Below, piece by piece: positions 61,030 through 64,000 of a stretch of 64,000 nucleotides of DNA. Each line of letters opens with the position of its first letter. The first letter of the stretch is position 1. Under the pieces are notes generated by a model that did no database searches, was not told the DNA's origin, and saw only the letters and a list, made by a program, of their open reading frames with translations. This DNA is from an uncultured Spirochaetota bacterium (GTDB lineage Bacteria > Spirochaetota > Spirochaetia > SZUA-6 > Fen-1364): positions 32,001 to 96,000 of the forward strand of contig CAWJSK010000016.1 in the NCBI GenBank assembly GCA_963845535.1, given 5' to 3'. The position numbers and the translations under genes are program-made.

Positions 61030-61065
61030 GCGCGCACCCTCACGGTGCCTTTCCTCCGTGTCCTC

Positions 61066-62836
61066 TTACACCCTCTCCCGTGCCACGTATTTCGTGTGAA
61101 GGAGATGATGCGATTTCTCCCCGAGCGGCTTCGAGAGGAATTGCTCGTAGATGGCCTGCACCTCGGGGTTGTTGTGGGACTTGCGGATCTGCTTCCCTTC
61201 GTCTTCCTTGTAGATGGCGGCAATCCGCGCGGTCCTGACCTCATCCGTGGTGAGCCGGGGCTGGCCTCCACCGCCAATACACCCTCCGGGACAGGTCATC
61301 ACTTCCACGAAGTGGTACTGCTCGCCGCCCTTGATGCGCTCAATCAATTGCCGCGCGTTCCCAAGGCCGTGCGCCACGGCCACCTTCACTGTCACGCCCT
61401 CCAGGAATGACCAGTCCGAAACCGCGCCTTCTATCTTCACCGAGGCTTCCTTGATTCCCTTGAGACCGGGCAATGGGAGCGATGTGCAGGTTCTCGAAAG
61501 GCAGCGGCCTTCCCGTCACGATCTCGTAGACCGTTCGAAGCGCCGCTTCCATGACTCCGCCGGTATTGGCAAAGATGTCCGCCGCACCTGATGAGGCTCC
61601 CAGGATACTGTCCATGGAGCCGTCAGGCAAGCCGGTGAAGTCCAGCCCGGACTGCTTGATCATGCGGCCAAGCTCGCGGGTTGTGAGAACCGCGTCAACG
61701 TCGCGCTCGCCGCTTGAGTACATCTCGGGCCGCTGCGACTCGTACTTCTTTGCCGTGCACGGCATCACGGAGACCACGAAGATCTCCTCCGCCGTTTTCC
61801 CGATCTTCTGGGCAAAGTACGTCTTTGCCACGGCGCCGAACATCTGTTGAGGCGACTTGCACGTGGAGATGTTTGGCAGAATGTCCGGCCAGTAGTGCTC
61901 GGCATACTTGATCCATCCGGGGGAGCAACTGGTGAACATGGGAAGGGCGACCTTCTTCTTGTCCACCAGCGCCGCCTTGAGACGCGTCAGAAGCTCCGTG
62001 CCTTCCTCCATGATAGTGAGGTCCGCTGTGAAGTTCGTGTCGAACACCCGGTCAAACCCCATCTGCCGAAGCGCGGTCACCATCTTGCCGGTCACGAGAG
62101 TGCCGGGGGGGTAGCCGAAGCATTCTCCCAGCGCGGCTCGGATGGCGGGCGCGGTCTGCACCACCACGGTTTTCTTCGGGTCATCCAGGGCTTCCCACAC
62201 GCGCGCAATCTCATCCCGCTCGCTGATGGCCCCCACGGGGCACACTGCCGCGCACTGTCCGCACTGCACGCAGACCACGTCGGACAGCGGCTGCGCGAAC
62301 GCCGGGCCGATCATTGCCTTGAAGCCCCTTCCCTGAGGGAAGATGGCCCCGACTCCCTGCGTCTCCCCGCACACGGTGACACAGCGCCGGCAGGAGACGC
62401 ACTTGGCCGTGTCACGCACCAGCGCGGGTGTGCTCGCGTCAGTCATGCGCTTGCTCTTTGTTCCCGAGAACGTGATCTGGCGGATGCCGAGGTCGCTTGC
62501 AATTGCCTGCAGCTCACAGTCCCCGTTGCGGTCACAGGTCTGGCAATCCCCTTCGTGATCGGAGAGGATCAGCTCCACGACGGTCCGCCGCGCCTTCCTG
62601 GCGCGCGGGGAGCTCGTCTGTATTTCCATCCCGTCCGCGGCCATGGTCACGCATGACGGCATCAAGGTCCTGGCCCCTTTCACTTCCACCAGGCACACCC
62701 GGCAGCTACCGATGGCCTGCACGCTTTTCAGGTAACACAGGGACGGAATCTTGATCCCAGCCAGGCGGGCGGCTTCCAGAAGGTTGGTCCCCGCCGGCAC
62801 TTCGATCTTCCTGTTGTCAATGGTCAGCGCTGGCAT
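61066..62836 (-). CDS. hydA: Group A [FeFe]-hydrogenase catalytic subunit (HydA/HndD-like); one frameshift near 61469
   Basis: [2Fe-2S], His-ligated HEGDCQTCDRNGDC and 2x[4Fe-4S]; FTSCSPGW, MPCTAKKYE and EVMTCPGGCIGGGGQP; SH.NP..LLHT.Y tail. Removing one C (G-run 61468-61470) restores HIAPIAGLKGIKEA. Confidence 0.92.
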
Positions 62837-62837
62837 G

Positions 62838-64000
62838 TCAGTTGGCTCCTTTTTCACGGTAGTCGCACCGTAGGCATCGTTTGCTCTCTGAAAGCGCGGC
62901 CGCGCACGGCACGGTCAGCTCCACCTCGGCAAAGCTCCCTTTTCGCTTTGCCACCGGGATGAGCTTCACCGTGGGCCGCTCCCCCATGATCGGATCAGCA
63001 TCCGGATCGAAGAACGCGTCGGACTGCCGGTACGTGCGCCAGTGGGCATGGGCTTCCCCGGTAAGGAATGCGTCAATGCCCGCCGCGGCTCTCTCTCCCG
63101 CGGCGATTGCCTCAACCACGGAGGACGGCCCGCTTACGGCGTCACCGCCCGCAAACACCCATTCCACGGAGGTCTGCCCGGTGACGGGGTCCGCGGACAG
63201 GTACTCACGCTCGTTCTGCTTCGGTGCAATCCCATCGAATAAAGCCGATGGGACTAGCTTCTGGCCGATTGCAGCAATCACCATGTCCGCGTCCAGGATG
63301 AAATCATTCTCCCCTTTTGCCACAGGCTTCCTGCGGCCGGTCCGGTCGAAGTCTCCCAGGTCCATGGTTCGAAACTTCACGGAAGTGAGCTTCTCACCCT
63401 TGCGCACCAGCTCCAGCGGCGCGGCAAGGAACTCGAACTTCACCCCTTCGCGCTCCGCTTCCTCCACCTCTTCGACGAAGGCGGGCATCTCTGCCCTGGT
63501 GCGCCGGTACACAACGGTCGAGCTCTCAGCGCCCAGGCGCAAGGCCGTGCGGGCCGCGTCCACGGCAGCGTTGCCGCCGCCGATCACCACGACGTGTTTG
63601 CCGACTTTGGCCTTGCCTTCCCCCGGTGCTCCGGGGGCATTCAGGTTGTATTCCTTGAGGAACCTCAGCGCGTCCACCACTCCCTTGCCGTCTTCCCCTT
63701 TCATCCCCAGGCTCATGCCTTGGGGCGCTCCCACGCCAAGGAACACTGCTTCGTAGCCCTGCTCCTTGAGGCTGGGAAGCGTGAAGTCTGTCCCGAGCTT
63801 TTTCTTCGTCTTGATGGTCACGCCCATGCCGGCAATCATCCCAATCTCACGGTCCAGGATTTCCCGGGGGAGCCGATAGGATGGGATGGCCTGCCTGAGC
63901 ATGCCGCCGGGCTTGCTCTCTGCCTCGAACACGGTGGGCTTGTACCCCAGCCGAGCAAGGAAGTACGCGCAGGAAAGGCCCGCGGGCCCCGCGCCCACAA
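62838..64000 (-). CDS. GltD/NfnB-like FAD/NAD(P)H oxidoreductase domain, probably the C-terminal part of the hydrogenase diaphorase subunit (runs off the right edge)
   Basis: GAGPAGL, GGML..IP.YRLP, GGGNAAVDAAR..YRR, FAGGD..GP and terminal RCLRCD. Confidence 0.85.
   Translation of the reverse strand, partial: VGAGPAGLSCAYFLARLGYKPTVFEAESKPGGMLRQAIPSYRLPREILDREIGMIAGMGVTIKTKKKLGTDFTLPSLKEQGYEAVFLGVGAPQGMSLGMKGEDGKGVVDALRFLKEYNLNAPGAPGEGKAKVGKHVVVIGGGNAAVDAARTALRLGAESSTVVYRRTRAEMPAFVEEVEEAEREGVKFEFLAAPLELVRKGEKLTSVKFRTMDLGDFDRTGRRKPVAKGENDFILDADMVIAAIGQKLVPSALFDGIAPKQNEREYLSADPVTGQTSVEWVFAGGDAVSGPSSVVEAIAAGERAAAGIDAFLTGEAHAHWRTYRQSDAFFDPDADPIMGERPTVKLIPVAKRKGSFAEVELTVPCAAALSESKRCLRCDYREKGAN

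Overview
A gene-dense, GC-rich bacterial chromosome segment with about 60 CDS. I found no rRNA, tRNA, CRISPR array, prophage or transposase. Several markers suggest an anaerobic, flagellated Spirochaetota member (inference): Treponema-type STAS anti-anti-sigma, FapA, FabV/TER, Asp-type MurA and sigma-28 boxes. From left to right: an HD-GYP response regulator; a PEBP / site-2 protease / giant acyl-CoA dehydratase-activase / NarL two-component cluster; an ECF sigma; Ada-like repair; Campylobacterota-like nifSU; lgt, fapA, ctpA and a degraded rsmE; a sigma-54 activator with no HTH; a STAS / CesT-like / PspA / pseudo-regulator / two LptF/G-topology proteins / DjlA envelope operon; murA; superoxide reductase; a peptide ABC transporter; fabV; three tandem M42 peptidases; a TetR divergon; and a hydrogenase operon. 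In that last operon a catalytic group A [FeFe]-hydrogenase is followed by a sensory-type [FeFe]-hydrogenase fused to a histidine kinase and a receiver/kinase relay. The best candidates for an under-described system are this H2-sensing phosphorelay and the PspA/LptFG-like envelope operon. Non-coding patterns include seven unrelated 16-18 bp-period tandem repeats and many apparently leaderless promoters. Four genes carry single-base frameshifts in short homopolymers, probably long-read errors. All calls come from motif reading by eye; no database search was run.
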